Below, in pieces: positions 49,659-58,961 of a stretch of DNA of 64,000 bases. The DNA is taken from contig CAVYSE010000007.1 of the NCBI GenBank assembly GCA_963771075.1, positions 1 to 64,000 of the forward strand, in the 5' to 3' direction. Source of the DNA: a candidate division FCPU426 bacterium. Lineage in GTDB: Bacteria; Oederibacteriota; Muellerivitia; Muellerivitales; Muellerivitaceae. The translations under genes were made by a program, and so were the position numbers. The stretch's first letter is position 1. Each line of letters begins with the position of its first letter. The notes under the pieces were generated by a model. That model searched no databases. It had not been told where the DNA came from and was given only the letters and a program-made list of their open reading frames with translations.

Positions 49659-50727
49659 ATGAAATTAACCGACCGATTCATAAATGCCCTATCCGTGATC
49701 CTTTGCGTAATTCTTTTGGGGTCCTTCGGATGCTCGAAAAAAACACCCACTTCTCCCGGTGGATCGACCTGGGGCGAAGTGACCGCTCATGCCGCCTGGT
49801 CGCCCACGTTATGGAATGGGAGGGACCTTGTTTAATGGGCAGATGTGGGTGGCGGGGGGGGCTTGGGGCGTTTCCGGCGCTGTCACGAACTATTACGGGG
49901 GTGTCTACAAATCCGGTGACGGTGCCCAATGGAGTGAAACAATTGGGGATGGCAATAGCTTTTTCGGCAACCGCTATTCACCTGGCTTCGTTTCTTATAA
50001 CGGCCTCTTATGGGTCATCGGCGGAAACGAGAATGGAACCTTAAAAAATGATGTTTGGTCTTCCCCGGATGGTACGAATTGGACATTGGTGACAGCCCAC
50101 GCGGGGTTCACACCCAGGGAAGATTTCATTTCCCTGGTTTATAACAACGCGATATGGGTAATTGGAGGTTGGGATAATTCCGCTGAGGCGGATATATGGA
50201 CCTATACCACCGCATCCGGATGGGTGAAGGTGACGCCCGTGATCAACACATCCGCCATTCCAAGTTTTGGTATTGGTTTTAGGGGCCGGTGGGGTTCGGC
50301 GGGGACGGTATTCAACGGTCTCATCTATATTTACTCGGGATGCGCGGGAAGCCCTTATGAGGGTTCGCTCGTGGGCACCGGGGATGGCGACGTATGGTCT
50401 TTTGATGGGACGAATTTAGTCTTATTAGCGGACGGGGGAGTGGGAGGCAACCCGGTCCCAGTGGTTTATCACCAGTTAAGCGCAAATAACGGATACCTTT
50501 ACCTAACCACCGGGATCGCCCCGGGAGCAAATGTTTATCCCGGAAATTACACGTCGACCGATTGCAAAAACTGGTCATTTCACACTGGTGAATATCTTCC
50601 CCGGTGCGGCCACACCGCCCTTTCTTACAACAGTTCAGTCTATGTGATGGGGGGCTATGACCCCACCTGTTGGCAGGCGAGTGGATGCGCGGTGACCTAT
50701 TACAACGACGTTTGGAAAACCCAATGA
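49659..50727 (+). CDS. Kelch-repeat beta-propeller lipoprotein (apparent +1 frameshift at ~49804)
   Basis: Lipobox SFGC; repeats WVAGG/WVIGG/YVMGG and NDVWSSPDGTNW. ORFs 49650-49835 and 49789-50727 join as AAWSP|RYGM. Confidence 0.8.
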
Positions 50728-50752
50728 TCTTTGAATGGGTTGGGGTATATCC

Positions 50753-50947
50753 TTGATTAAAGTCACCCGACTTAACGGCCAGGAAGTCATTGTCAATTCA
50801 GACTTGATCCTTTTCGTCGAAAAATCACCTGAGACCATCCTGACCCTTCAAAACGGGAAAAAGATTACCATCAAGGAAACCGTTCCTGATGTGATCGAAA
50901 GCGTAATCGCTTTTAAATCCCGATGTTTTCCAAAGACCCCAGCCTGA
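50753..50947 (+). CDS. flbD: Flagellar protein FlbD/SwrD family
   Basis: MIKVTRLNG.E..VNSDLI.FVE..P.T.LTL.NG.K...KE. Confidence 0.93.
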   Translation: MIKVTRLNGQEVIVNSDLILFVEKSPETILTLQNGKKITIKETVPDVIESVIAFKSRCFPKTPA

Positions 50948-51128
50948 ATATGAAACTTGGACTTCATGAGGAATCCCTTAAATTTCACGTTTGAAACTGT
51001 TGCGTGTTCATGGAAGTAGGAAGATAATAATGATGCATTTGTGAAACCGCTTGGGCTGGGCTTAAATCGGTTGCAGATGGTTCGATTAAGAGACCCTGAA
51101 AGTGTCTTAAACAAAGAAAAAGCCTGGA

Positions 51129-53068
51129 TTGAAGAGCCGAAGGTTAGATTTTTCACAGCGGGAGACTGTACGAATGGTTTTTAAAGGTCGAAAGTTAAAA
51201 GGCTTCTTTTTCCCGGTTTTCGGCCTGGTCTTTTTATTTATCACTTCCTTGGGCAACACCCCCGCTTACGCCCTCTCGAATAATTTCCAGCAATATTTCG
51301 ACAGTTGGACAGGGTCCACAGCCAACACCAGTCAATGGAGCCTTACTTACGACCCTTCCGATGGGGTTAATTACACTTTAAACCCCTTTCAATTTCTCGC
51401 GAGCAGTGGGTCCCCGGTAGCGGACCCCTATGCCCCGGTGACTGTCGTTCAACCCGGCCCAACGACGGTTGTGTTGCCCGGCGCCCCCGTTACGGCTGAA
51501 TACGCCGCGATTGAAGGGGATAATACCTGCAATACCTGCAGCGCGGTGACCTTAACCTATTCGGACCCCCAAATCCCGGTTCCCCCGGTAAGCGGCGCTT
51601 ATATCATGATCGACGTCTTGAATACGGGTTCGGCGGGGAAGAACTACCAGTTGATCGTTACGGATACAAAGGGAAATACGATTTCCGATTCGACTGATAA
51701 CGTTCTCGTCGACTGCTTAAACCCTCCCCCCAACATCCAGGGAACATCCTCCCCCCAAACCTGGGCCACAGTTTTCATTGAGAATACCCTGACTTCTTTT
51801 CCTGTCAGCACGGTCAGTTTGGTCATCCAACCGGGTTCCACGGGGGATATGGACCCAATCGACGCGGATTTCGTTTACGTGGACGCCGTCCGGGACGCGG
51901 CCAGCCTGCCTTGCATTGTGCCCCCGACCCACACCTATACCCCCACCATTACCAATACCCCCACCCTGACCTATACCACGACCCCCACCAATACTTTCAC
52001 CCATACGCTCAGCCCGACGCCCACACCCACCTTAACCTATACCGTTAGCCCAACCCCGACCATTACCCTTACCAATACACTCAGCCCAACACCCACCAGC
52101 ACCAACAGCTTGACTCCGACGATCACCAACACACCCACGAATACATCTACCCTCACGCCGACCCCAACTATCACGAACACCGTTTCACCGACCCCGACTT
52201 TCACTTCTACCCCTTCTCCTACCCCCACTTATACTGGTACAGCCACCAATACTTACACTCCCACCGTGATTCCGACGTCCACTAAAACACCCACAGTCAC
52301 AAACTCGCCTACCTCAACCCCGACGATCACTTTAACCCTAACCCTCAGCCCGACCATTACCCTCACCAATACTTTGACCCCAACCATTACCAATAGCCCG
52401 ACCAACACACCTACCCCAACCTCGACCGTTACGCCCACTAACACATTGACCCTTACGAATACTTTGTCACCTACCAATACATTGACGCCAACGAATACAA
52501 TGACCTTGACGGTCACTTTAACTATTACGAACACCACGACCCCCACCTACACGCCCACACCCTCCTATACCACCACCAGCACCAACACATGGACCCCTAC
52601 ATGGACGTTAACGGTTACCAATACCTATACGAATACCTGGACACCCACTTTGACCTTTACCCAGACCATCACTAATACACCCACCGTTACCAACACGCCG
52701 ACTATTACATCGACTCCTCCCCCCCGACGGACACGCCTTGCCCGGTCAATATTTATCCTAATCCGATGGATTTTGTTAATGACGCGAACCACCACATTAC
52801 CTTTACGTGTGTCCCGGCAGGTTCCACCCTGAATATTTACACCATCTCCCTGTCCCTGGTCATGTCGTATGGGCCGAACGACGAGGTGTTCAACGCCAAT
52901 TCTTTGTATAAATCCGATCCTTCCACGCAACAGAAGATTGTTTATTGGGACGGCCGAAACGGCGACGGGAATCCAGTGGCCTCGGGCTTTTACATTTATA
53001 AACTCGAGGGACCGAACGGCCGGAGCTTTGGCAAGTTCGCGGTATCTAGATCTTTGAACGGGCCTTGA
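51129..53068 (+). CDS. Secreted Thr-Pro-rich surface protein with C-terminal T9SS type-A-like/FlgD-Ig sorting domain (frameshift in C7 run at 52719-52725)
   Basis: Signal peptide, Cys-containing N-domain, ~270-aa TPT linker; after the shift reads IYPNP...IYTISLSLV...[18 protein letters not shown]....GKFAV.R. Start may be ATG ~51174. Confidence 0.78.
51921..52725 (+). repeat. Degenerate Thr-Pro (TPT/TNT) coding repeat
   Basis: C/A-rich, G-poor stretch encoding [13 protein letters not shown] repeats with varied codons. Confidence 0.9.
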
Positions 53069-53069
53069 T

Positions 53070-54038
53070 ATGAACTTTTTCGTGAAAAATATTTTGTTGG
53101 GTATGGCTACTTTTGCCTTACTGACGGGCTACTCCGCAAGCGCCCAAACCGCGAACGGAGGGACCAACTCCTTTGATTTCCTCAATATTTCCCCCATTTC
53201 ACGCGCGGTCGGTGTAGGGGAAGCCTATTCAGCGGTGGGGGACGACGTCGGTTCGGTCTATTACAACCCCGCGGGGCTCGCCAGCATCCTGACCAATGAA
53301 ATGAACATTACTTATCTTTCGCTCTATCAACAGATGAGTTACGAGTTCATCGCTTTCGCCACCCCCCTTCAACCCTCTTTCCCTTCGCTCGGGGGGGTTG
53401 TCGCGCTGAGCGCGGGGTTATTACAGCCGGGAAGCATGACCCGCACCAATGATTCCGGACAATCCACGGGTTCTTTTTCAAGCGGGGATGAGGTATTCAC
53501 CTTGGCCTACGCCAAGGACATCAGCCCTACCCTCCACTTCGGAACTTCCATCAAACTCATCACCCAGCAAATCGACACCGTTCAAACCTCGCTTTTCGCG
53601 GTGGACGCGGGTGTGGTCGTTATTCCTTCTTTCCAAGGCATGCGATTCGGGTTAGTGGTCAAGAATATTGGCGCGCAAGATTCCGGATTTAACCTTCCAT
53701 TTAATCTTTTGGGGGGCATTTCCTACCGCCAATACGAGCTTTTCTCGGACCAGGATGACGGCGCGGTCATGGGGGAAGTGACTTTACCCATTCAACCTGT
53801 TGAGGATCCGGTCATGGCTTCTTTTGGTTTGGAGTATAATTATAAATGGATTGGAAACAGGGCAACGCTCCGCGCCGGTTACAAGTTCGTGAACAACGGT
53901 TTGGGCGGTGAGGGGTTGACCTTGGGAGCTGGCTACGGGTTGGATTTCGCGGGGGCGGTCGTATTCCTGGATTACGCCTACGCGCCCGCCGATGTTTTCG
54001 GGGATACGAACCGCGTCACTCTAACGACTAAATTTTGA
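53070..54038 (+). CDS. PorV/PorQ-family outer-membrane beta-barrel
   Basis: Signal peptide, FLNI.P.SRAVGVGEAYSAV.DD..SVYYNPAGLA, LRAGY, LDYAY.P...G.T.RV.L..KF. Confidence 0.87.
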   Translation: MNFFVKNILLGMATFALLTGYSASAQTANGGTNSFDFLNISPISRAVGVGEAYSAVGDDVGSVYYNPAGLASILTNEMNITYLSLYQQMSYEFIAFATPLQPSFPSLGGVVALSAGLLQPGSMTRTNDSGQSTGSFSSGDEVFTLAYAKDISPTLHFGTSIKLITQQIDTVQTSLFAVDAGVVVIPSFQGMRFGLVVKNIGAQDSGFNLPFNLLGGISYRQYELFSDQDDGAVMGEVTLPIQPVEDPVMASFGLEYNYKWIGNRATLRAGYKFVNNGLGGEGLTLGAGYGLDFAGAVVFLDYAYAPADVFGDTNRVTLTTKF

Positions 54039-55048
54039 GGCCTTCTTTTATGACTAAATCCTTTGGCTTATCGCTTCCCATGCAACCGGTTCGATCTTTG
54101 GCATTTTTAACGGCTGCCGCTCTTTTTTCTCCCTCCGTTCTTTTTGCCCAGGCGGTTGGTACGACCACTGCGGACATTTTGAAGGTCAACCAGGGAGTTC
54201 GGCCCGCGGCCATGGCCGGCGTTTATACCGCGTTGGGGGACGACGCTTACTCGATTGAATACAACCCCGCGGGCCTGGCTAAAATTCAGGCCACCCAAGT
54301 TCTTCTTTCCCACCTGGACAGTTTGGCCGACATTTCCTATGAGTACGTGGTTTTCGCCACGGCGTGGGGCGCGGAAAATGCGGCGGCGATCGGCTTCACT
54401 TACCGCTACATGCCCCCGATTGATAATAACAACGGGAACATTCCGGCCACTTCCCAGGACATGTTGGGAAGTTTTTCCTACGCGCGTAAGTTAGGGGACA
54501 ACATTCGCTTGGGAGCGTCGTTGAAATACCTGCAGTCGAACTTGGGACCTTTCAATGCCAGTTCGGTCATGGGGGATGCGGGGATCCAAATGGACCGCCT
54601 GCCCTTGGGGCTCAAGGCGGGGTTGGCCATCCAGAATTTCGGGACCGCGATGACCTTTGACCCGGCTTCCAACGCGGATCCTTTGCCGCTCTTCATCCGT
54701 TTTGGAGTGGGCATCCATCAGGTGTTTGAGGGCCAGCGGGATTTCAACGCAGGAATTGAGGTTTTCAAACCTTCCGATCAGGACATCAAAATGGGTTTTG
54801 GGGCCGAAGCCTGGCTTTTCCCAAACCTCTTCGCGGTGAGGGGCGGCTATAAGTACGATAACGCGGGGTCGTCTCCCACCCCGAACGCTTTCAACAATTA
54901 CACGCTGGGCTGTACCTTGACGCGGGAAATCGATGGTGATGATTTCTCCGTCGATATTGCTTACGCGCCGGCCAATTTCGGGGACACCTCTGAGGACACG
55001 TTCTTTTTCGGGTTGAATGCGAAGTTCAACCAGTTCAGGGTCTTTTAA
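54035..55048 (+). CDS. PorV/PorQ-family outer-membrane beta-barrel
   Basis: LKV..GVRPAAMAGVYTALGDDAYS..YNPAGLA, VRGGY, VDIAYAP. Start may be later (ATG ~54050 or ~54080). Confidence 0.87.
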   Translation: MRPSFMTKSFGLSLPMQPVRSLAFLTAAALFSPSVLFAQAVGTTTADILKVNQGVRPAAMAGVYTALGDDAYSIEYNPAGLAKIQATQVLLSHLDSLADISYEYVVFATAWGAENAAAIGFTYRYMPPIDNNNGNIPATSQDMLGSFSYARKLGDNIRLGASLKYLQSNLGPFNASSVMGDAGIQMDRLPLGLKAGLAIQNFGTAMTFDPASNADPLPLFIRFGVGIHQVFEGQRDFNAGIEVFKPSDQDIKMGFGAEAWLFPNLFAVRGGYKYDNAGSSPTPNAFNNYTLGCTLTREIDGDDFSVDIAYAPANFGDTSEDTFFFGLNAKFNQFRVF

Positions 55049-55079
55049 TTCATTCCGCCCCGGGAAATCCTTTCTTCAA

Positions 55080-55108
55080 TTGACAAGGTTTTATTCGCCT
55101 GATAATCT
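55080..55108 (+). promoter_or_regulatory. sigma70-type promoter of tRNA-Phe
   Basis: TTGACA-N17-TAATCT with extended TG. Confidence 0.55.
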
Positions 55109-55142
55109 TCATCGCTGTTTTTCTTTTCTACCGGCCGCATTT

Positions 55143-55218
<76 letters not shown>

Positions 55219-55513
55219 TTTTTTACATAATTAGCGGCGTGAAACGCCGTTTAACAATTGGAAAATGGTACGTGCTTGGGCTCATTTAAAAAGATTCTGA
55301 ATAAGATTCCCAAGCGCACCTTATTTCATCTATTTAGATAAAACCTACCATTCAAGTCCTGGGTCTTTCCCCCGATTCAATTTCTCATTTGCGCCCCGTG
55401 CCGTTGAAATAAGGTGACAAAGTAAATGATTGATGTTATTGTGCAACTGAAGGTAACCGATTTACCTTTTTGCCATTTCTGGCTGTTCTACCACACTCCT
55501 TACTTCACATTGA

Positions 55514-56794
55514 ATGGACTTTCTGGGTGTTTTTGGGGGGAGGAAGCCGATGAGAAGTTACTTTAGGATTTTAGTTTTGGTTTCACTTTTCCTTCCTGCC
55601 CGGGTTTTCGGCTCCTGGGGGTTCAGCGCTCAACTTTATGAGAACAATTGCATTACAACCATTCCTCTCACACTTCCCGCCATATCGGGCTTCCCAAATC
55701 AATCTATGTGCAACGCTGTCCGGGCAGAGGTGCTTGCCATTCAAGAAAGCGCACCTTGGGAAAAAAGCTGTGGGCCGAGTTGTTGGATATCTGAACTTTG
55801 TACCGTTGGTTACACTTGTAGTGCTTGCACTGGAAGTGATGACACCTTTGGAACTGGCACTATCTATTCGTTAAACCCTCAGGGCGATTCCTCAGGCCAG
55901 CCCTTTTTCAGCCCCCATTACACCGCAGATAACGATAACTGGATCGGTCAGACCATCGACCGTTTCAACACCAACTCATCCGCGAACCTGGGAGCCGCCT
56001 TTCCGGAAGGCATGGTCGTCAGCGACGACCCCTATCTTAATAACGTCTACCAATACATGGCGAACGCCGAATATGGGGACACCGGGGAAGCTTCCGATTA
56101 CCTGGCGAAACTTCAGACCGGACAATCCACGGGTGAACCCGGGGAAGCCCCGGGTGATCTTCAGGAATCCGATTTCTTTTTCCAACTTCAAACCGGCCAA
56201 ACCGGGTCCTCGGATCAAGCGGGTTCGGGGGATCAATCCGGAAATGGAACCGCCGGGGCGGGAGAAGGGAATACGCCGGTTCCGGTGGACACCACGTCGC
56301 TGGTCGTGACCGACGACTCGATGATCCAGCAAGCCGGCGAGGAAGCGGATCAAACCGAATCCATCGCGGGCCAAGTGGCCGAGGGTTTGGAGCCGCTGGC
56401 TGATCCGGGCATCGATTCGGCCAAGGAACAGGCAATCGAGGAGGCGGCCAAGGCCATCGGCGTTGAACTGCCGGAAGGCCTGGCGGGTAACGCTTTGCAG
56501 ATCGTTTCGGTCATCAACAACGGGATTTCGGATATACCCTCGGATATTTCATCGGCCGCGAACATCGCCTTGAATGCCCTTTCGGGTGAAATTCCGGCGG
56601 TGGGTACGGCGGTCGCGGCGGGCCAGATGTACGGTAATCTTTGTTTCTCGGCTTTCGATAATACCGTCAACCAGATTCATGACGCTTTACCCGGAATGCC
56701 AACCGCCAGTGAGTTTAAAAATCAAGTTTATGAGTCTGCGGATAACGTGGGACAACAGGCCGTCTTCACCTGGTTCGGTCGGGGGCCGAAATAA
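55514..56794 (+). CDS. Hypothetical secreted protein: Cys-rich N-domain, acidic linker, helical C-domain
   Basis: Signal-like N-terminus (likely ATG at 55550 after GGAGG), 7 Cys in the first ~110 aa; coupled to the next gene. Confidence 0.75.
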   Translation: MDFLGVFGGRKPMRSYFRILVLVSLFLPARVFGSWGFSAQLYENNCITTIPLTLPAISGFPNQSMCNAVRAEVLAIQESAPWEKSCGPSCWISELCTVGYTCSACTGSDDTFGTGTIYSLNPQGDSSGQPFFSPHYTADNDNWIGQTIDRFNTNSSANLGAAFPEGMVVSDDPYLNNVYQYMANAEYGDTGEASDYLAKLQTGQSTGEPGEAPGDLQESDFFFQLQTGQTGSSDQAGSGDQSGNGTAGAGEGNTPVPVDTTSLVVTDDSMIQQAGEEADQTESIAGQVAEGLEPLADPGIDSAKEQAIEEAAKAIGVELPEGLAGNALQIVSVINNGISDIPSDISSAANIALNALSGEIPAVGTAVAAGQMYGNLCFSAFDNTVNQIHDALPGMPTASEFKNQVYESADNVGQQAVFTWFGRGPK

Positions 56795-57750
56795 TGATGA
56801 CCTTCCCTATGAATAAGATCATTTTCCTCGCGCTCGTGGTATTGGCGTCATGGGCACAAGTCGGGATGGCGGATCCGGCCAAGGTATCGGGCAAATATGT
56901 TCCCCATACGATCCTTTTCGTTCCGGCCAACAAGAACATCAAATTGAACTGGGCGGTTTCCCCGCTGGAAAAGACCCCGCCCCAATGGAGCAATTACCGG
57001 CTCCGGATCAATGACCTGGGCAATCCCTGGTTGAGCAATTCCTCAAGCGAGTCGTCGAACCTTTGGTGCCTTAACAAGAATCTTGTGATGAATGTGGACC
57101 AGCCGCTGGATGACTACCTTTGGCTGCCCGGCGGGGAATTTCTCATCGCCTCCAACGGGCGCTTGGGCTACATCACCTTCCCTCCGATCAAGGATAAGTC
57201 CATACCTCAATGCGAATTTCATTCGGTCGTGCTTCTTCCCGTCAATCCGGTGCACCTTTCCCCGGCGGGCAAAAACAATCTTTACGTTTGGGGAAAAAAC
57301 AGCAAAAACGGGAAGATGGACATCTATCTCCTCGGAAAAAGCTCGTCCAAATCGAAAAGACCCATCAAGTTCCTGTTCGAAACGGATAAGACCCTCACCG
57401 CGGTGGGAGGGGACGAATCGAATCTTTTCGCGGCGATCGATTCGATGATCGTGAAGGTGGGAAAGAAAAAGATCACCGGCCTGGTGAATTTGAAGGGGGA
57501 GAGGATCCGTGAAATCGTTTATCCCTCGGGGAAGACCCTCTTTTATGCCTCGGATAACGGGGCGGGATGCATTGACATCAAGCACAAGCGTTTCCTCCAA
57601 TTCATTAAGTCGCCCGGCGTGGATATCGCCCCCGGGAAGGACGACAGCCTGTTCATCAAGCTCGACGCCTCATCCGGAATTTTAAAATTGGACGGCGCGT
57701 CCCATCTGGACCCATTGGCATCTCTTTCCACCGGCAAGGGCAAAAAATGA
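56794..57750 (+). CDS. Hypothetical secreted protein (possible beta-propeller)
   Basis: Signal peptide, beta-rich basic sequence; overlaps both neighbours. Confidence 0.75.
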   Translation: MMTFPMNKIIFLALVVLASWAQVGMADPAKVSGKYVPHTILFVPANKNIKLNWAVSPLEKTPPQWSNYRLRINDLGNPWLSNSSSESSNLWCLNKNLVMNVDQPLDDYLWLPGGEFLIASNGRLGYITFPPIKDKSIPQCEFHSVVLLPVNPVHLSPAGKNNLYVWGKNSKNGKMDIYLLGKSSSKSKRPIKFLFETDKTLTAVGGDESNLFAAIDSMIVKVGKKKITGLVNLKGERIREIVYPSGKTLFYASDNGAGCIDIKHKRFLQFIKSPGVDIAPGKDDSLFIKLDASSGILKLDGASHLDPLASLSTGKGKK

Positions 57751-58961
57751 CACATTCCATGAACCCTCAGGGGACTATCGGCGCTTGGCTCCGTGGAGGG
57801 GCCGCTCTCCTGGTTTTTTCATGTTTGACCGGCTGCATGACCATTCCCCGGGGTTATAAGGGGGAAGGCATCCCCACCCAGGATGAAGCCCGAAAGGCAC
57901 TGGTGAGCGGGGATACCGCTACCGCCCTTTTGGATTACCAATTTCTTTCCACTAAGTCCACGGAAGGCTCGCTGAACGCGGAATACGCCTACGCCCTCGT
58001 TCTGGACGGACATCCCGAAGCGGCGTTCCAGCAGGTAGACCGAGCCCGTCAAATAAGCCCTTCCGACCCTTCGGTTTGGTTCTTTTCTTCCCGCATCCTG
58101 GCCTTGACCGGCCACGCGAACCTGGCCGCCGCCCTTTGGCCGGCCAGCCGGAAGGACGGACCGGATTGGATCCGCCGGAAGTTGGACCGCGCCGAATCGA
58201 ATATCAAGGGAGGAGCGGGCAACGGAAAGGCTTATGGCGCCAAACCCGCGGACCGGTTCGCGAGGGCCAACGCCCTGGCGGCCCAGAATTTCCTGGTCAG
58301 CGCTTCGGTCGCGTTCGAGAACCTGATCGCGCAAAAACCCGGTGATGGAGCGGCCCACGAGGGATATTCCATGGTCCTCGAGAAATTGGGCGCCTACGAG
58401 CTGGCGGTCAAGGAAAACAAACAGGCCCAAGCGCTCATGAAGAATGAACGCGTGAGGAAGGCCCTGGCCAAAAGGACCGAAATCCTCGAGACGGAGGCAA
58501 AGGCTTTCTCCGGGAAGAACGCATCATCTTCCCCCGCCCAGGTCGATCCCAAGGGCCGGTGGTTCCTATACGGGGGAGGCCAGCTCAGCATGGGGAGCGA
58601 TGCCACCACACCCTCCGAGCTGTCGGGTCGGGTGGGAAAATTCTTCACGTCCTATTTCGACGCGGCGGTCAATGTGGACTACATTTCAAACCCCAAAACG
58701 GCCGGGGTCACCGCTTCCACATCCGGCTTTGACTTGGGCCTCTCCGGGCGGCTGACGCCCTCGTTTGAGACGGGGGGCCTATTCGGAATCGTGGGCGCCC
58801 GGGCGGGTTTTTCCGCCTCGGGGAACGGCGGCACCTTCTCCTTCGGAATGGGGCAAAGGGACGCGTCCGGCGAGCTGGACTTGACCGTTGATTTTGGCTC
58901 CGGCATTTATGACGGCGTTGACCTAACACTGGGCTACACCGCCTACCTGGGGGGGATGTAA
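57747..58961 (+). CDS. Lipoprotein with TPR repeats and C-terminal beta-barrel-like domain
   Basis: Lipobox LTGC; TPR-like AEYAYALVL.G..EAA...VDRAR...P; Gly/aromatic beta-strands at the C-terminus. Confidence 0.75.
   Translation: MTHSMNPQGTIGAWLRGGAALLVFSCLTGCMTIPRGYKGEGIPTQDEARKALVSGDTATALLDYQFLSTKSTEGSLNAEYAYALVLDGHPEAAFQQVDRARQISPSDPSVWFFSSRILALTGHANLAAALWPASRKDGPDWIRRKLDRAESNIKGGAGNGKAYGAKPADRFARANALAAQNFLVSASVAFENLIAQKPGDGAAHEGYSMVLEKLGAYELAVKENKQAQALMKNERVRKALAKRTEILETEAKAFSGKNASSSPAQVDPKGRWFLYGGGQLSMGSDATTPSELSGRVGKFFTSYFDAAVNVDYISNPKTAGVTASTSGFDLGLSGRLTPSFETGGLFGIVGARAGFSASGNGGTFSFGMGQRDASGELDLTVDFGSGIYDGVDLTLGYTAYLGGM

Noticed and set aside
51921..52725. Repetitive C/A-rich stretch as CRISPR array or VNTR
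   Set aside because: Repeats are degenerate at DNA level and in frame (Thr-Pro linker); no repeat-spacer periodicity and no cas genes.
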